A stretch of DNA of 61,615 nt from contig CBEUCH010000019.1 of NCBI GenBank assembly GCA_965541585.1, positions 1 to 61,615 of the forward strand, in the 5' to 3' direction. Within the stretch, counting starts at the first letter, position 1, and the number at the start of each line of letters is the position of its first letter. Origin of the DNA: an uncultured bacterium (GTDB lineage: Bacteria; Zixibacteria; MSB-5A5; UBA10806). The notes under the pieces were generated by a model that saw only the letters and a list, made by a program, of their open reading frames with translations, searched no databases and was not told the origin of the DNA. Of this stretch, positions 19,780 through 29,954 are shown piece by piece. The position numbers and the translations under genes are program-made.

Positions 19780-21288
19780 TTAAATCTCTATATGACCCGC
19801 CCAGCCGGGATGGGGCTTGAAGCCGAACATAGGATCTTTATTCCGGGGATCGAACAACTTCTCCGCTAATAATTCTTCCCCATCTGTCAAGACATCTATC
19901 TCGCCGGGCGAAGGGAAATGCGAACTATCATCACTCATCAAATCAAATTGCCGTAGTTTATTTATATCGAATCCCATCAGCCTGGTTGTCACCAGGTCGA
20001 CCGCCAGGGGATTCTCCCCGGCCACCAGGCAGCCGCAGGCCTTTGCCGCGGGAGAAAGAGGGCCGTTATTTTCACCACCGATTATGCCATCGACAACGCA
20101 GAAGAACTTTCTTTGGACCCTATCACGGATTTTCCCATCGGAATCAGCGTAAGCTATGATCCTGGCTAGGTCAGTGGTCATCCGCCAGGCAGAATCGTTG
20201 CCGTGCCAGTTCCCGGCATCACGGTTGAGGGTTTCATATGATATACCGCGAATGGGCTTGATCAGGTTACGGTAAAAGGCCAGCGACGTCTTATAGGCTA
20301 GATCTCCCCACCTATTTTGCCTGGCCAGGGCGTGATCGTAAAGCCATCGCCGGGCTCTGGTAAACAGGCGATCAGTTTTTAGCTGATTGTCGGGAAGTTG
20401 GTCGCCACCGGAATCGGGAGCTCCCAGCCGGTAATGGATCAGGTAATTCTTATTTGTATTTATTCCAACAAGTCCTTTCAGATTAAGAGTAACGCCGACT
20501 TTTTTGTGAACTTTCATCTTCGGGACTGAAATGAAAACATCGGCGGATAAAACGGTCCTGGAGACGCAATATTCATGAATTGCCCCGCGATGATGTCTTA
20601 TGGTTTCGCTTCGGTTATAATCAGCACCGTAATAATCTTCACCTGGCAGCCCATAAAACCGGCTTTGCTCTCCGAGATTGATAATTACGCTGCCGAGTGG
20701 ATCGCCGGGGCGGGATTCTCTATTTGACGAATACGCCGGAATGGTGGGATCTTTCAGGGCAAAATTTCTCAAATCGTAGATCTCGATATCAAACCCAAAT
20801 TTCTCGTTATAGAAGGATTGAATAGAATCCAGCCGCAAGGCGGCCATCAGTTGATTCCAGTTGCAATCCATCTGGGGAGCGTCGGCTATGATTATCCGGC
20901 CCGATCCTTTCAGCGCGATAAAGGCGTAATCTATCAAAGCTCTTAATATCGATGGATGGGTGACGACGGAGAATAAATCATCACCGCTGGAATTGAAGCT
21001 CAAGACGAAATTGGGCTTTATTAAGACCGTCTGCCCAGGATCGATGATAGCCCCGAGCGGATTCCATTGCGATGTGCCGTAGCGGTCACTGTCATATCCA
21101 AGGCGATGCAGAAGGTTTCTTAACAGATTATATGGATGATTTGAATTCTGCGAACGTTCTGCAAACTGGAATTCAGGGTAGCGGGTGTCCGGATGGAATG
21201 GAGGATCGTCGTTATACTCGGGGATCGTGGTTCCGGCTGCAACTCTCGCCAATCGAACATCTTTCGAATATTTACAATTGATTGCCAT
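19780..21288 (-). CDS. DUF362 domain-containing protein
   Basis: VLIKPN, THP, VPKMKVH...VTLNLKGLVG, VDGIIGGE.NGP and AVD.V..RLMGFD motifs. Confidence 0.85.
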   Translation of the reverse strand: MAINCKYSKDVRLARVAAGTTIPEYNDDPPFHPDTRYPEFQFAERSQNSNHPYNLLRNLLHRLGYDSDRYGTSQWNPLGAIIDPGQTVLIKPNFVLSFNSSGDDLFSVVTHPSILRALIDYAFIALKGSGRIIIADAPQMDCNWNQLMAALRLDSIQSFYNEKFGFDIEIYDLRNFALKDPTIPAYSSNRESRPGDPLGSVIINLGEQSRFYGLPGEDYYGADYNRSETIRHHRGAIHEYCVSRTVLSADVFISVPKMKVHKKVGVTLNLKGLVGINTNKNYLIHYRLGAPDSGGDQLPDNQLKTDRLFTRARRWLYDHALARQNRWGDLAYKTSLAFYRNLIKPIRGISYETLNRDAGNWHGNDSAWRMTTDLARIIAYADSDGKIRDRVQRKFFCVVDGIIGGENNGPLSPAAKACGCLVAGENPLAVDLVTTRLMGFDINKLRQFDLMSDDSSHFPSPGEIDVLTDGEELLAEKLFDPRNKDPMFGFKPHPGWAGHIEI

Positions 21289-21289
21289 A

Positions 21290-22645
21290 TCAGCTAGGGG
21301 TAATGTATTTATGTTGCTGTTTAACTGTCCCGGATTGTGCTGCCTTGCCGTCGCTCTTTTCCCTGGATCTTAATGGTTTCATTATCGATAAGATAGTCAC
21401 AAAATCTCCCTTTCGCGGTATGAACAGGTCAGCCAGCCGAAAATCAGTGGTCTTCGTCAGATATATAATCATGTATATGGAAACCACACAGAATGACAGC
21501 GATGTTGACAGAGCAGCCCCGTTAATCCCGTAAGCCGGTATCAGAAAGACATATCCGATACAGTTTAGAATAAATATGGGGATCCATATCAGGGCGGCCG
21601 GCCAGGGATAGCCGCGACCGGCCATGTCTCCGGCAATTATCACCTGCAACCCGAGCAGGAATGCCCCGGGCAAAATTATTAAAAGGGCATTTGCCGATGG
21701 CAAGAATTCAGGTCCGAATAATAGCGTTATGATCGGCTCAGCCCCCAGCGCCAGAGTGATAAAAAGCGGCAGGAATAAAGCGTTCATTGTTCTTAGTACC
21801 TTCGCCGTAAGATCTTTCGAATCTCCGCCGGCTACACGGGGGAAAAGAATGCCACCGATGACCGAGGGGACAATTATCAGAAGTTCCGAGATCTGCTGCG
21901 CAACTGCAAACAGCCCGGCGTCCGATATTCCTCTAAAATGATTGACGAAAAAGATACCGGAGCGAAGAGTGGCCATTGCGAAAATAGTAGCGATATACGG
22001 TCTGCTTCCGTAGAAAAACGATTTCGAAACCAGCTTTATGTTAATAGACTCGCTCCCCGGCGAGACTCTTATATACCAGTAAATATAGAAGGCCACCAGC
22101 AAAGCTATACCAGCAATAACTGAAATCATATATTTCTCGAAATCATGATCGAACACGATCAGCATCAATAGTGCGGCACCCAGAAAGATAATTCGCTGAC
22201 CGGTGTTAAAAATATTATATGCGATGATCCTGCCCAATCCCAGGAATGCCTGCGAAAAGAGATTTCCCCACAGGAACAAAGGCAGCATCAAAAGCGTAAC
22301 CGCGAGAAGAGCACCGTCGATACCGGCTACCATTCCCGGCTGGTAGGTATGGATAAAGTAAAACGCCATACCGCATATCATTGAACCTGCCAGGCCAACG
22401 ACGATCGATTGTACTCCGAGCGCTCTCGCACTATTTCTGTCCTTTGCGATGAAGTAGGTATTGGACGCAGCGAATCCAAAAACGCCAAAGCTGGCCGACA
22501 GAACGATAACGGTCATGATTATTCCGTATATTCCTCTCCCCTCCGGTCCCAGAATTCTACTGATAATTATTGAAGTTCCGAGGCCCCCGAATAGAGCCAC
22601 GGCTTTGAGAATTATTGTTGTGCTTGCAGAATGTATAAACCGCAT
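21290..22645 (-). CDS. Wzx-type oligosaccharide/O-antigen flippase
   Basis: About 12 TM helices; SRILGPEGRGIY, AGLFAVA, LLFGPEF, LIPAYGINGAALS. Confidence 0.88.
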   Translation of the reverse strand: MRFIHSASTTIILKAVALFGGLGTSIIISRILGPEGRGIYGIIMTVIVLSASFGVFGFAASNTYFIAKDRNSARALGVQSIVVGLAGSMICGMAFYFIHTYQPGMVAGIDGALLAVTLLMLPLFLWGNLFSQAFLGLGRIIAYNIFNTGQRIIFLGAALLMLIVFDHDFEKYMISVIAGIALLVAFYIYWYIRVSPGSESINIKLVSKSFFYGSRPYIATIFAMATLRSGIFFVNHFRGISDAGLFAVAQQISELLIIVPSVIGGILFPRVAGGDSKDLTAKVLRTMNALFLPLFITLALGAEPIITLLFGPEFLPSANALLIILPGAFLLGLQVIIAGDMAGRGYPWPAALIWIPIFILNCIGYVFLIPAYGINGAALSTSLSFCVVSIYMIIYLTKTTDFRLADLFIPRKGDFVTILSIMKPLRSREKSDGKAAQSGTVKQQHKYITPS

Positions 22646-22893
22646 ATCGATCCCATCGTAAAGTCTCTATTGTCATTCTATCGGAAAAATATTAATTTTC
22701 AAGAGGGACTGATGATATTTAGTACGCTCAATTGGATGGAATATGCTTTTGAGAAACCGAGACGTGCCTGGAATCGGCACGACTGAATGATCCTCGCATA
22801 TCCTATCCCGAACGCGGTTCACTGAAATGGATTTTTGATCTTTAAATATCTGTAAAAGGAATAGCCAAAACGCACTTAGTCTTCAGCGTTCTT

Positions 22894-23382
22894 CTAATTA
22901 TCCCTGACCTTCACCCTGGAACGCAAGAAATTTATTATCTCGTTTTCCGTCTCGAATCTGCTGACTTTTACCCCGGCCAACTGGGCCATTTTAAGCGTTG
23001 CCTTTTTGGATTCCTCCCAGGCTTCACCGTTCAAATCATTTAGATAGACCACCTGCTTGATGCCGGTTTGAATAATTGCCTTCATGCACTCTGAACATGG
23101 AAACACCGTGGCGTAGAGGCTGCATCCGTCAAGCTCCCGTTGTGCGTGGAGGATGGCGTTGAGCTCCGCGTGCACCACATAGAGATATTTTTCCGGCCTG
23201 GTCTGAGGGATCTGATCGTCATCGATATACCGGGGGAATCCGTTATAGCCGGAGCTCACAAGTTTTCGTGTCTTATTGTCTATTATGACCGCCCCGACCT
23301 GGGTGCTGGGGTCCTTGGATTTGAGCGAGGCCACCAGGGCCAGTGTCATGAAATATTCTTCCCAGCTTAGCGGCTTATTCAA
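22894..23382 (-). CDS. dCMP deaminase (ComEB/deoxycytidylate deaminase family)
   Basis: SKDPSTQVGA, GYNG, HAE.NA and PC.EC zinc motifs; TTG start. Confidence 0.92.
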   Translation of the reverse strand: MNKPLSWEEYFMTLALVASLKSKDPSTQVGAVIIDNKTRKLVSSGYNGFPRYIDDDQIPQTRPEKYLYVVHAELNAILHAQRELDGCSLYATVFPCSECMKAIIQTGIKQVVYLNDLNGEAWEESKKATLKMAQLAGVKVSRFETENEIINFLRSRVKVRDN

Positions 23383-23495
23383 GTTCTTTCCCCGTTTGAT
23401 CCGTCTGATTTCTCCCTCAGTGTGTTCTTCTATAACTAATCCCGGATCAGAATTGCAATAGAAATATTCTCCTGTATTCAGAGGTCCCGGGCAAT

Positions 23496-23532
23496 AAAAA
23501 CGCCGCCGACCGAGTGAATCAGCCTGCGGCGC
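23496..23532 (-). terminator. Intrinsic terminator
   Basis: Minus strand GCGCCGC-A-GGCTGA-ttcac-TCGGTC-G-GCGGCG followed by TTTTT. Confidence 0.75.
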
Positions 23533-23825
23533 TTTAGGTTCCGGCTTCCGAACTCGGGCTTACGAGGTGGTGGCCTATAAGGATATCGCCGGATATGCAG
23601 CGACAGTGAGGCCGCTTTACGCCGCCAGCGACCTATTCACCATCATGAGAACGGGATTAGCCCTGCTTTTTGAAGTCCCCGGGGGCATTCTGGTTGATGG
23701 GGGGAGGCTTAGAGACCTCGGGCTGGTTCTAAAAGCGGTTATTATCTATATTCTCTCAATGGCTATTTTACACGATTCCGTTTTTCGGCCTCATGATATC
23801 CTCCTGAGGATTTGTTTTGACCGGT
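23496..23825 (-). ncRNA. Candidate structured RNA or small-peptide transcript
   Basis: Upstream TATAAT boxes, strong RBS with an 8-codon ORF, several hairpins whose G-U pairs work only on the minus strand, and a terminator. No family recognised. Confidence 0.4.
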
Positions 23826-23950
23826 GTAATTATATTATATATTGGGAAACATGAGGTTTAGAATTCGACGTAAGGGGAATTACCTGAAAAACCGAAGATC
23901 CGCGCTTGAGCTGAGGCGTATAATATAGCTAAATGGAAAAGGAGATAATC

Positions 23951-24901
23951 ATGCAACATTCGATTTTATCTGTAGTACGCATCGGGATACTATTCTGTAT
24001 TGCTCTTTCGTCCTATTGTGTTTCGTCCCCGGCTTCGGAATTTAAGGCAATCTTATACGAGAGTATGGGGGATATAACCCGGACCGGGAATATTTATGTA
24101 AAAGGTCCATTGTACCAAATGGAACAGACCTTTAGAGGAGAACAATTCCTTATTCTTGTGGACCAGAAAGACTGCAGAACAAAAGTCTTTTCGGTTGGCA
24201 ATAAGGAATATATAGATATAGCCTGCGATGATCGGCTAAGCCTCAAAAACGATCCCTTCCAGGCATTAAAACGGATGATAGACAGTTCAGAGGTCGAATC
24301 TCTCGGACTGGAAACCGTGAATGGCTACGAATGCGAAAAGAGCATCATCTCGTATAGGGAGGAAAAAGTGGCAACCCAATGGGTATCTCCGAAGCTCAAC
24401 TTCCCGATTAAAATCGTAAACCACATTCTCAGAGACAAGATAACGGAGTTACGGGATATAGAGGAAGGTCCTGTGGACGATTCTCTATTCCGGGTGCCGG
24501 CCGGTTACGAAAAAACGGAGAAGTTCGGGCGTAAGCCGCAGGAACCGCCGGAACTGCCGGAATGGGCCGACCAGGTTCCGTCTGCACAGATAATGGACCC
24601 TCCCTTCGAAGTCGACATTTCCCCCGGTGATATAATTCGTGTGAAGGTACAGGATGGCTGGAAGATAAACATCAGCGGGGAGAGTACGGTCGACGGAATT
24701 TCCGCCTATACAGTCTTACCCTTTCTCAATGGCAGGAATACGAAGAATCCCGAAAGAGGTCTGGTAACGCTATCGAATAAGAAAACAATCAGAATCCGTT
24801 CTTTCGGCGAGACTACCGAGAAGGCCGACGAGATAGTTATCCGGATGCGGGAGGGCAAGGTTACATTAGAGGTGACCAGAACCGAGTTTGAGCCGAAATA
24901 A
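23951..24901 (+). CDS. Secreted DUF4412/LolA-like protein
   Basis: Signal peptide, GLETVNGYECEK, WV..KL.FP.K, DDSLFRVPAGY. RBS AAGGAG before ATG 23951. Confidence 0.75.
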   Translation: MQHSILSVVRIGILFCIALSSYCVSSPASEFKAILYESMGDITRTGNIYVKGPLYQMEQTFRGEQFLILVDQKDCRTKVFSVGNKEYIDIACDDRLSLKNDPFQALKRMIDSSEVESLGLETVNGYECEKSIISYREEKVATQWVSPKLNFPIKIVNHILRDKITELRDIEEGPVDDSLFRVPAGYEKTEKFGRKPQEPPELPEWADQVPSAQIMDPPFEVDISPGDIIRVKVQDGWKINISGESTVDGISAYTVLPFLNGRNTKNPERGLVTLSNKKTIRIRSFGETTEKADEIVIRMREGKVTLEVTRTEFEPK

Positions 24902-25153
24902 TTTTTCGGAATATCGGTATTCTCTAGGCACGTTCTTTGGCGTCCCATCTTTCCCGTTCGAGTGCCATTTTGCATCGTGGCGATAACTGCATAGATTTTT
25001 CCCCCTGAGGAGCGGTCTCCAATTTCAAGGTAGTAAAAAGCAGCTCCAGCCTGTTCGCTCCTGGCTATTTGCCGGCCTCAAACTTTAAGGTTGGAGATTT
25101 CTCACCATTGCATTATTATGCGGGCAAAATTATTTGCCTCAGGAGGAATAAGG

Positions 25154-27976
25154 ATGAAATCTTTCACCCCCATTATCAAATCGCTGGTTTTCGTCGTATG
25201 GGTTACCTTTATAGTTTCACCAGCCGGGGCCGACGTTGATCCGGCATCGTCGCCGTCGGGACCGTATTTTGCCTCGAGTCAGTATGACCCGGGAGTCCCG
25301 AAACCATCCGAGTATCTTGGATTTCCGCTGGGATCGAAGCCGACCAGCCATGCCGAGATGGCCGGGTACATGAAGCTTCTGGCAGAATCGTCCGAAAAAG
25401 CCCAATTATATGAGTACGGCGAGACCTACGAGGGACATACGCTTTACTACCTGCTGGTGACATCTGAAGATAACATGTCTAACATTTCATCTATCAAAGA
25501 CGGGCATGAGCTTATTTCCGATCCGAGGAAATTGAAATCAAAAGGCGAGGCCGATAGGTTGATTGATGATCTTCCCGCCGTTGTCTGGGCCGGTTACGGT
25601 ATCCATGGCGATGAGCTCTCCTCCACTGACGCTGCCATAGCGGTGGCATACCAGATGGTGGGCGGGGCGGATGATGACACCCGCTTTCTCCTTGATAATC
25701 TCGTAGTTGTGATCGATCCCATGCAGAATCCCGACGGCAGGGAACGTTTTTTAACGCAGGTTCGGCAATTCTCAGGGCAGGTTCCCAATCCAGACATACA
25801 GAGCATTCAGCATACCGGGGTCTGGCCGTGGGGACGGGGCAACCATTATTTCATCGATCTCAACCGGGATATGTTCAGCCTGGTTCATCCCGAGACGAGG
25901 GGCAAGGTCTCCGTTTGCGTGGAGTGGCGGCCACAGCTGATGATCGATTCTCATGAGATGGGCGCCATGAGCACCTACCTGTTTTCTCCTCCCCGAGAAC
26001 CGTTCAATCCGCATTGGCCGCGCAATACCAGAGAGTGGTGGGATATTTTCGCGGGCGATCAGGCCCGGGCGTTCGATCAATACGGCTGGAGCTACTTCAC
26101 CCGCGAATGGAACGAGGAATGGTTCCCGGGTTATACATCGTCATGGGGGATATTCCTCGGCATGGTGGGAATTTTGTACGAACAGGCCGGGGTCGACGGA
26201 ACGCTGGTGAAGCGGAAAACCGGTGAAATCCTGACCTTTGCCGAATCCGTGCATCATCATATCGTCAGCTCCATGGCCAACCTGAAAACGGCTGCCGTGA
26301 AAAGAAAAGAGCTGTTGAGACATTACCATGACGCCCGGCGGGTGGCCGTGGATAATAAAGAAAATTCCATCGGTGGATCCTTCATAGTCGATCCGGCGCA
26401 GAATCCTTATAAAGCCAACCGCTTTATCGAGGCCTTGCTCCTGCAGGGGATCGAGATTAAAGAAGCTGAATCGGATTTCAAAGTTTCCGGCCTTTACAAT
26501 GAGTACGGCCGGAGCCGTGGCAGGGAATTTCCCGCCGGCACTTATATCATAGACTTCGCCCAGCCCTCGCGAAATCTCCTGCAGGTCCTCCTCGATTATG
26601 ATATCAGGATGACCAACAAGGCGCTTTTCGAGGAACGACGTTCCATAGAGAAGAACTGGGGCTCACGCATGTATGAGGTCTCCGCCTGGAACCTGCCTAT
26701 GGCGTTCGGACTGGAAAGCTATATTTCCGATAAGAGAGTATCGGCATCATCGAACTTGATATCCGGGATCACCAAATCGAGCGGCCAGGTCTCGGCCGGC
26801 GACCCCATGTATGGCTACATTGTAGAATACACCGATGATGCGGCGACTTATTTATTGGCCGAGGCGCTAACCCGCGAATTGAAGGTCCGCGTGGCAACCA
26901 GGCCGACCACTATCGAGGGCAGGCGGTTCGAGAGGGGAAGCCTGCTTTTCGTCAAAAAAGAAAATCCACCGGAGTTGAGAAGTATACTCGATGAACTGGC
27001 CGGGAAATATGGAGTCGATGTAACAGGTATCAACACCTCGCTGGCGTCGGACGGAGCCGACTTGGGCGGCGATATTTACCGCCTGCTTGTAAAACCGAGG
27101 ATAGCGATGCTGACCGCTCCGCCTATCAGCCTCTCCAATTATGGCTCCATCTGGCATATGCTCGATTATGAGTTCGGCCTGAAACTGGCATCCATAGATG
27201 TCAACCGGGTCGGCCGGGCCGATCTTACCAGGTATAACGTGCTGATAATGCCGTCGATATGGGGCAGCCACAGCATGCTCAAATCGGTTCTCGGTAAAGG
27301 CGGTATCTCGAAACTGAAAGAGTGGATTGACGACGGCGGCACGCTGGTGGCGTTCGGTGACGCCTCTGCTTTCTGCGCCGATTCCACGGTCAAGATATCG
27401 AAGGTGCGCCTGAAATCCCAGATGTTGGATAAGCTCGATGAGTACGATTACGCACTGAAAAGGGAGTTCTCCGCGGATAAGGTGGTGATCGACAGCCTCC
27501 TGATCTGGGAAAATACCGCACCCCCGAAGACGGAAGATAAGAAAAAAGAAGAGGGTAAAAAGCCGGGAGCGGAGGAGCTTAAACGTCTCGATCAGTTCGC
27601 GCGTAAGTTCTATCCCCAGGGTGCAATCTTCGATTGCCGGATTGATACTACACAGTGGATAACCTACGGCCTGAAGGAGAGCCTGCCGGTGACTATATAC
27701 ACGCAAAATGTCTATCTGGCCAAACCGCCGGTGCGAGTTGCGGCCCGTTTCAAAGATGAGGAAAATATCAGGTTATCGGGGTTGGCCTGGCCGGAGGCGA
27801 GGAAGAGGTGGGCCAATACCGCTTATTGCACCAGGGAGGGCAAAGGCAAAGGGCAGGTGATACTCTTCGCCTCCCACCCATATCTGCGATCGCTGTTCCA
27901 CGGGTCGAAACGGATGCTGGTCAACGCCATCCTGCTCGGTCCCGGCATGGGCGCAAAGTGGTCTGTGCCGTATTGA
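25154..27976 (+). CDS. M14 zinc carboxypeptidase family protein with C-terminal glutamine-amidotransferase-like domain
   Basis: IHGDE, QNPDGR, RGNH..IDLNRD and DSHEMG motifs. RBS AGGAGG before ATG 25154. Confidence 0.9.
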   Translation: MKSFTPIIKSLVFVVWVTFIVSPAGADVDPASSPSGPYFASSQYDPGVPKPSEYLGFPLGSKPTSHAEMAGYMKLLAESSEKAQLYEYGETYEGHTLYYLLVTSEDNMSNISSIKDGHELISDPRKLKSKGEADRLIDDLPAVVWAGYGIHGDELSSTDAAIAVAYQMVGGADDDTRFLLDNLVVVIDPMQNPDGRERFLTQVRQFSGQVPNPDIQSIQHTGVWPWGRGNHYFIDLNRDMFSLVHPETRGKVSVCVEWRPQLMIDSHEMGAMSTYLFSPPREPFNPHWPRNTREWWDIFAGDQARAFDQYGWSYFTREWNEEWFPGYTSSWGIFLGMVGILYEQAGVDGTLVKRKTGEILTFAESVHHHIVSSMANLKTAAVKRKELLRHYHDARRVAVDNKENSIGGSFIVDPAQNPYKANRFIEALLLQGIEIKEAESDFKVSGLYNEYGRSRGREFPAGTYIIDFAQPSRNLLQVLLDYDIRMTNKALFEERRSIEKNWGSRMYEVSAWNLPMAFGLESYISDKRVSASSNLISGITKSSGQVSAGDPMYGYIVEYTDDAATYLLAEALTRELKVRVATRPTTIEGRRFERGSLLFVKKENPPELRSILDELAGKYGVDVTGINTSLASDGADLGGDIYRLLVKPRIAMLTAPPISLSNYGSIWHMLDYEFGLKLASIDVNRVGRADLTRYNVLIMPSIWGSHSMLKSVLGKGGISKLKEWIDDGGTLVAFGDASAFCADSTVKISKVRLKSQMLDKLDEYDYALKREFSADKVVIDSLLIWENTAPPKTEDKKKEEGKKPGAEELKRLDQFARKFYPQGAIFDCRIDTTQWITYGLKESLPVTIYTQNVYLAKPPVRVAARFKDEENIRLSGLAWPEARKRWANTAYCTREGKGKGQVILFASHPYLRSLFHGSKRMLVNAILLGPGMGAKWSVPY

Positions 27977-28002
27977 TTTCCTATTGAAAATGACAATTTT
28001 GC

Positions 28003-28033
28003 AGGGGCGAATAATGATGCGCCCCTCTTTTTT
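28003..28033 (+). terminator. Intrinsic terminator
   Basis: AGGGGCG-N10-CGCCCCT followed by CTTTTTT. Confidence 0.7.
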
Positions 28034-28035
28034 GC

Positions 28036-28099
28036 AAAATAGATATTTATAGCTGTTTGGAATAATGTAGGGACAGTGTTCTGTCCCTACAGGTATCTT
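28036..28099 (+). repeat. Direct repeat copy A containing a GTAG-type REP palindrome
   Basis: AAAATAGATATTTATAG...GTAGGGACAG-TGTT-CTGTCCCTAC-AGGTATCTT; recurs at 29888-29952. Confidence 0.85.
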
Positions 28100-28172
28100 T
28101 AAGCAAATTTGAGTTGCTAATCCCGTATATTCAGCTATATTATTATTGTAGGCCATCTGAGATGGGGGTAAC

Positions 28173-29894
28173 ATGAAAAAGCTCGTTTCCTTAATTGTCA
28201 TACTGCTTTTCTGTCTCTCCGCCCGGGCCGACTACCACTACGCCAGCCATGAGGGGAGCGACGAATACCCCTATACAAGCTGGGAGACGGCGGCGCATCT
28301 GATACAGGATGCGGTGGATGCTACTGACGCCCATGATACGCTGTATATAGGTGCTGGGGATTGGTTTGAGGCAGTGGCCACCGATATGTATGATTCTATA
28401 GCCATTATCGGTATGGGGATAGACAGCACTTTCTGCCACACTGACGAATACCGGATTACGGTCATGGTTACCGATTATGGCTGTTCGGTCGAGGGGATCA
28501 CATTCTGGCATGATGATAATTGGAAGTGCCTCCGGGCCAGGGTGTATGCTGATATAAAAGTGAAGAATTGTAAATTCATTAATACAGGAATTGGTCTTGA
28601 GGTGGCAGGTGGGCCGACGACGATTACCGACTGTATATTCGACAATTGCCGAAGATCGATATTCCTTCCGGGCTGGTTAGGGGACTATTATATAAGTAAC
28701 AACCTTATAGTAAATGGGTATGAAGCTGAGGCTATGTTGCTACGAGTCGGTTCAGCCATCGTCGAGAATAATATAATTATTAATTCGGATGACAATATGG
28801 ATGGGATGTGGGGTACCAGAGCAATTGTTAGAAACAATATTGTGATAAATGGCTCGCGGGGAATAGCTGTCGATTTTGACAGCATCTACAACAACGTAAT
28901 CATGAATATCAATTACCCGAGCGTGTCAAACTGGGGTATTCTGGATTCGGGGTATCCCAATGATGACGCTTCTATTTTCAACAATTCGATAACCGGTTGC
29001 ATTATTGGAGTGTTTGCCTACAGTCCCACGGAGATAAGCTACAATAACTTCTGGGGCAATGATACAGATATATATAATCCGGGAAATCATCAGATTGATT
29101 CCGTCGGGAACATCTACTCATACCCAATGTATTATTCCGATGAGGATTTTCATCTGCAGGCGTATTCTCCTCTTATAGACGCAGGTCACCCGGACATACT
29201 TGATGTCGACGGTTCCAGATCTGATATTGGGGTTTATGGCGGGCCTTATGGTTACTCCTACACTTACCTTGACCTGGCGCCTCAGATACCGGATTCTATC
29301 ACCGTTGATGTCCAGGGAGACAATGTCGTGCTCAACTGGCGATTTAATTCCGAGGCTGACTTCAATCGCTACCAGATATTCAGAGACACGGTGTCCGGTT
29401 TTGAGCCGTCCGAATTCAACATGATCGCCGAACCGGATTCGTCATACTATGAGGATGATGATATTGATCCGGGAGTTGCCTATTATTACAGGCTGACGTC
29501 CGTGGATAACCAGGGCAACGTCTCCGACTTTTCCGACGAAGTCGCCGTCATACCGGCGGGCATTGTCAGGGGTCAGGACGGGAGTCTCTTACCGGAATAC
29601 TCGGTAATAGAATCGGCCTATCCCAATCCTTTCAATTCGGATATCACGATTGTCTATTCGGCCTCCAACCTGGGGCCTCAGCCGCCGGAGATCAAGCTTC
29701 AGGTATTCGATATTCAGGGTCGGGTGGTAAGGACCCTGGTGGATGAGCGAAAGGCGATGGGGACTTACCGTGCGGTATGGGACGGCACGAATGATTCAGG
29801 CCAGCCGGTATCATCGGGAACATATATCGCTAAGGTTTCCCAATGGGGTATGGATGCCGGTGATTTCCCGGTGAAGATAACGCTGATAAAATAA
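28173..29894 (+). CDS. Secreted parallel beta-helix protein with Fn3-like and FlgD/sorting domains
   Basis: Signal peptide, I.NN.I repeats, DFHLQ..SP.IDAG, YYYRLTSVD, YPNPFN...WDGTND.G..VSSG.Y. Confidence 0.85.
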   Translation: MKKLVSLIVILLFCLSARADYHYASHEGSDEYPYTSWETAAHLIQDAVDATDAHDTLYIGAGDWFEAVATDMYDSIAIIGMGIDSTFCHTDEYRITVMVTDYGCSVEGITFWHDDNWKCLRARVYADIKVKNCKFINTGIGLEVAGGPTTITDCIFDNCRRSIFLPGWLGDYYISNNLIVNGYEAEAMLLRVGSAIVENNIIINSDDNMDGMWGTRAIVRNNIVINGSRGIAVDFDSIYNNVIMNINYPSVSNWGILDSGYPNDDASIFNNSITGCIIGVFAYSPTEISYNNFWGNDTDIYNPGNHQIDSVGNIYSYPMYYSDEDFHLQAYSPLIDAGHPDILDVDGSRSDIGVYGGPYGYSYTYLDLAPQIPDSITVDVQGDNVVLNWRFNSEADFNRYQIFRDTVSGFEPSEFNMIAEPDSSYYEDDDIDPGVAYYYRLTSVDNQGNVSDFSDEVAVIPAGIVRGQDGSLLPEYSVIESAYPNPFNSDITIVYSASNLGPQPPEIKLQVFDIQGRVVRTLVDERKAMGTYRAVWDGTNDSGQPVSSGTYIAKVSQWGMDAGDFPVKITLIK

Positions 29895-29952
29895 ATATTT
29901 ATAGGATATCTGGAGTAGGGACAGAACAGTGTTCTGTCCCTACAGGTATCTT
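29888..29952 (+). repeat. Direct repeat copy B containing a GTAG-type REP palindrome
   Basis: AAAATAAATATTTATAG...GTAGGGACAGAACA-G-TGTTCTGTCCCTAC-AGGTATCTT. Confidence 0.85.
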
Positions 29953-29954
29953 GG

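Noticed and set aside
23617..23690. Canonical or two-piece tmRNA, or a c-di-AMP (ydaO) riboswitch
   Set aside because: No GGGG...TCGAC 5' domain or T-arm/CCA end at suitable positions; only a short CCTCGTAAGC resemblance to ydaO. Kept only as an unclassified RNA candidate.
23567..23854. 95-aa plus-strand ORF
   Set aside because: No recognisable motif; promoter, RBS, G-U pairing and terminator all point to the opposite strand.
28036..29952. Integron attC sites
   Set aside because: The repeats lack RYYYAAC/GTTRRRY ends and there is no integrase. They fit GTAG-REP palindromes better.
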